From assembly GCA_043228905.1 (NCBI GenBank), contig JBHGNT010000189.1, positions 1 through 56,707 on the forward strand: 56,707 nt of DNA, read 5' to 3'. Of this stretch, positions 52,700 through 56,707 are shown piece after piece; the first letter of the stretch is position 1, and each line of letters starts with the position of its first letter. The notes beneath the pieces were generated by a model. The model worked only from the letters and a program-made list of their open reading frames with translations, did not search any database and was not told where the DNA came from. The translations under genes and the position numbers were made by a program. This DNA comes from Azolla caroliniana (lineage: Eukaryota; Plantae; Polypodiophyta).

Positions 52700-53783
52700 A
52701 TGTACGTGTGCAACAATGCACATCGCTCTTTGGCTCTCGTTGCTCGGGTTTCCGCTTGTGGACGAAAATCTTCACGACAACGTTGTCTGTTATGGCTTGG
52801 CAACAGTTGCGTGCTTCTTCTACGGATTTTTTGAGGTTTGCAATTTCTTGTTTACTAACCGTCGTTGCTTCCTCATAAGTCATCATTCCTGCCCAGAGCT
52901 AAGATTCCTTCGAATGTAGTTCTTCCAGTTTTCCCATTTCATTGTTCAGGCAGATTTCTAGCTGATGCCTCCTCTCATGTTCTCCAACCAGCTACTCATC
53001 GAACCATGCTTTCTTCTTCTCCAATATGGCCAGGAGTCCCGCGATTGCTGCTTCCGAGTTTTTTGCTTCCTCCAGTAATTGGGCATTTTCTTCTTTCGTC
53101 CGAGTGTGTTGTGTTGTCTCCGCTACGAGTTTCTCTTCAAGGGTCTTCACTACCTTTCGGCCGTTGGCCCGGATGTCCTTTTCTCTGTCCGAGGACTAGC
53201 GAAGTTCGGCGCGGAGATGGTCAATCTCTGATTCCGCTAGTTGCACGACCCATTTCACTTTCGAGGCAATAGCAGTCTGAGCTTCAATTTCTTCCCTCAG
53301 GGCTTCGACAACGTTGGTTGTTGGTGGAGCTGCCTATTGCGTCGTAGTTGCGTTATTTTCCAACTCCGTGATGCGTTCATTGGCCTTTTGTAGCTTGGCT
53401 TGGGTCAGTTTAACCTTTTTCCAGACATTTTTATTTTTAATCGCCATATCCTTGGCGCCCATACTGACCTTTGCCAGTTCCCTATGAACTTCGACAAAGG
53501 CCGCATTTAATGGGGGTAGTTCCATCCCCATGCGGCGTATACCGGCGTTCCTCTGCCTGCTGACTCTCGCTAACTGATCCTCATCATCGCTTTCCGCCGT
53601 TTGTGTTAACGCACGCTCAATCATTTGGCGCTCCGCGTGCTCCTCGGCCATTCGTTGTGAGACTTTTATTTGTTGCATTGCCAAGAATTCCATGAGTTCA
53701 AAAGTGGTTCCGAACTGTAATAGTGCACCGAACTCATGGCCCATGTCCGGAATGTCCGGATATGCTACGACCTTGCTTTCCAC
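52700..53783 (-). pseudogene. Disrupted coiled-coil ORF, probably retrotransposon-associated
   Basis: ORF 53334-53783 (LTQAKLQKANERITELEN) continues past the stop in Glu/Lys-rich heptad-like sequence with further lesions. Confidence 0.4.
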
Positions 53784-53849
53784 CGTGAATACGGCTTTCC
53801 CCCGCTGTGACTGGGCCGTTGTTTATGGGTGGGGGGTGGAGCCAAGATC

Positions 53850-54135
53850 GGTTCGAGTGTGAGAGGAGAGAGGGAGAGATGAGATGCACAGAGAGAACGA
53901 ATGAGAGAGAGAGAGAGAGAATCAAGATGGACACGGTTTGTGGATAACTTCAATATTCCATATTTTCATGCCCCATGAGTGAGGATTTATATAAGATCTT
54001 TACAAAAAGCCGAATGGACGTAGGTACACCTACTTACCTCACCTAACACTCACACACTCACACATTCACATTTCATATTCTACATTACACCTTTCACATT
54101 ACACTTAACCCTTCTGTATACCTATACGGGTAACA
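53850..54135. repeat. ~290-bp direct repeat, copy 1 (LTR-like)
   Basis: ggttcgagtgtgagagg...gtaaca, repeated at 55969-56264. Confidence 0.85.
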
Positions 54136-55968
54136 CCTGGCACGCCCATGGGACAATGCTTTGCACGTTGATCCCACAAAGCCCATGCCAAAAACTTATT
54201 GACCGGAAACTTCAATGGTCTTCTCTCGACGGTCGGAGCTGGCTTGACACGAACCTTCTTGTTCTGTCAGCATAACACACGATTGGATCATACACCAATC
54301 GGCTCGTCCATTGTAATAAAGTCATTAAGGGTTAAAAAAGATTGTGGGTGTATATATATATATATACGTATTTCTACATTATTGGGAATGGTAGTGAGTT
54401 TTGAGCCATTCAGTTTCCGAACTTCTATGTCGTAGCCTCAATTTTTGAAATTTTAATAGCTACCCTTATGTTTTATTTTTTTAATTTTTTTTTTAAAACT
54501 TTCTTCACTTTGGTTTTTGAAATTTTCCATCGTGCCCTCAAACTTCTGAAATTCTTGGTGATGCCCTTCCCTTTCTCTTCTTCTTTTTAGTTTTCGGTTT
54601 CTTCATTCTTTCCTCTTTGCTCTTCTTTCTTCTCCTTCTCTTCCATCTCTGTTGCGACAGAAACAATGCTTTGTCTTCTTCTTCTTCCTTTCTTCCTTAG
54701 TTTTCTTGGTTCAGTCATCTCCTGCTCCATCCCCTAAACCCTAAACCCAATCCTTTCTTCTTCGTCGTCGTCTTTCTGATGCTCTATCTCCGTTTTCCTT
54801 CCCTTCGTCTCTTGTTGTGTGTTGTTGTTGTTCTCTGTTTCGTTTGTCTTCGTGTTTTCATCTGCTTACAACAACCACTGTAGCTTCCATGGCTCCACTT
54901 CTTCTTCCTCTTCTTGTTCTTGATTCTTTACTTCTTTTTGGCAAAATCCTTCTTTTTGGTGGTTGTCAGCCTGATTTTCTGTTCATCAGCCAGCTAGCCG
55001 GTTGTCCGTGGCCTGTCTGTCGACTTTCTGTGTTTGATGGCCCCCATCATCTGTTTGACCGTCGCCTTTCTCGGTAGTAGCCGCCCATGGCTCTGACGTC
55101 ACTTGGCCGACTCTTGGCCATCACTCGGTCGGTTCGGCCGCTACTATTCGACGGTCTGGACTGACGTTCGGCTCTCGGCCGCATCTCAACCCTCTCTTTT
55201 AGTTGGTCTGGGTTTATTTGTGTCCGTTTCTGTGTCCGGTTGACTGTCGGACGCCGATCACCTTCGTCCATCGAACCATCTGTAGGGCCAACCCTATCTG
55301 GTCGGCTGTCTCGTCTGAATTCTCTGGTTGTTTCAGTTGGCTTGAGCTCTTCTCAGCTGCTTTCCAGGCCATCTCTCAAACAACACTTCCTCGGTCGGCT
55401 CTTGGATTACGTTTCTATTTTGTTCCCTTTCTCTTTTGCTTCCTCATATTCTTCCAAGATGCTCCTAAGTCCATTTTTCATGAGTTGGAAAAGAACATAA
55501 TACTTCCTCTTCACTTCCTTCACTTCTCCATTGTGATTCACTCCCATGACTGTGTCTAGCTTCCTTTTGAAAGCCTCCATGTTTAACTTGGAGATCCACA
55601 GTACGGAGAGAAGGCCGAAGATGCACACATACAACATAAACAAACACGTAGAGACATAGAGAGCTAAACACATAGAGACGAACTCTAGGGTAGCTAGGGT
55701 TTTTGGCAGAGAGAGTAACAAAATGGGGAAATGGGGATTGAAAGGCCCTGTCCATTAGGCCTTAGATGCATTAGAAATAAAAGCAAGAGAAATCTCCATT
55801 GCCATCGCAGATTGGCTCTCAACAGACAGTCCATACACACCACTTTTTAACACAAAGACACAAACACGCAGTGAAGGAGACAGAGAGATTAGTGATGGAG
55901 CGGGAAAAGGAGAGATAGACTTCTTCTCAAGGGGGGTAGGCCGTAGGTCTCCACCCCCCTCCCAAGGG

Positions 55969-56264
55969 GGTTCGAGTGTGAGAGGAGAGAGGGAGAGATG
56001 AGATGCACAGAGAGAACGAATGAGAGAGAGAGAGAGAGAGAGAGACAGAATCGAGACGGACGCAGTTTGTGGGTAACTTCAATATTCCATATTTTCATGC
56101 CCCATGAGTGAGGATTTATATAAGATCTTTACAAAAAGCCGAATGGACGTAGGTACACCTCCTTACCTCACCTAACACTCACACACTCACACATTCACAT
56201 TTCATATTCCACATTACACCTTTCACATTACACTTAACCCTCCCGTATACCTATGCAAGTAACA
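55969..56264. repeat. ~290-bp direct repeat, copy 2 (LTR-like)
   Basis: Near-identical to 53850-54135 apart from (GA)n length and scattered substitutions. Confidence 0.85.
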
Positions 56265-56707
56265 GCCGTAATGATCGGCCGTGGTTCCTGGATTACTTCG
56301 AAGGTGGTGTTGGGCTCCATAGCTATGGAGCTGTCGCCCACAGTCGTCGTCTCCATGGCCGCGAGTGTGTCTTTAACTAACTCGCGCCCATCTTTCTTGT
56401 CCAATCTCCGCCGTTTCGGCCTCAAGCTTTCCTGTCGTGGTTCGGCTTCCGGCTCCTGTGCCGCTTCGTCGGTGCGCTCAGCCTACTCTTCCTGTGTTGT
56501 TCACGTGTTCGACTAGGCGGGTTGGGGTTCATCCTCCCACTCTGTGGTGGCTAACTCCGCTAACCTTCGCTTCGCGGATCGAGGCGACGACGCGGGTTTG
56601 CTGGGCCGCGGTGCCGGCAGACCTCGGGGTAGGAATAGTATCATCAGATACTATTGTATGATAGGCCTGAGCTTTTTGCCTCCTTGATACGCGTTGTCGG
56701 GGTAGTT

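Overview
Eukaryotic, plant-type (CCCTAAA/TTTAGGG) DNA that looks subtelomeric, with no intact protein-coding gene. All telomeric tracts are C-rich on +, which suggests the chromosome end lies to the left (inference). (1) 1-41.6 kb is a shuffled mosaic of two components. The first is decayed copies of two families of endonuclease-deficient Penelope-like retroelements (PLE), all on +. They have ORF1, a -1 ribosomal frameshift signal (A AAA AAC plus hairpin), PLE reverse transcriptase with no GIY-YIG domain, a CT-rich 3' UTR, a minimal type I hammerhead ribozyme and a tail of dispersed CCCTAAA repeats. The second is many copies and fragments of a ~2-kb unit carrying a spliced orphan pseudogene on - and ending in telomeric repeats. 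A solo LTR with heat-shock elements and two L1 ORF1 remnants are embedded, and a ~14-15 kb block is present twice. (2) 41.6-44.6 kb is an L1 remnant plus unassigned AT-rich DNA. (3) 44.6-51.25 kb is a ~189-bp satellite array. (4) 51.25-56.7 kb holds GC-richer probable LTR-retrotransposon debris. The most notable system is the telomere-associated, ribozyme-bearing, frameshifting PLE array interleaved with an amplified passenger gene, which resembles the bdelloid Athena/Terminon architecture. Coordinates were read by eye and junctions are approximate to a few bases.
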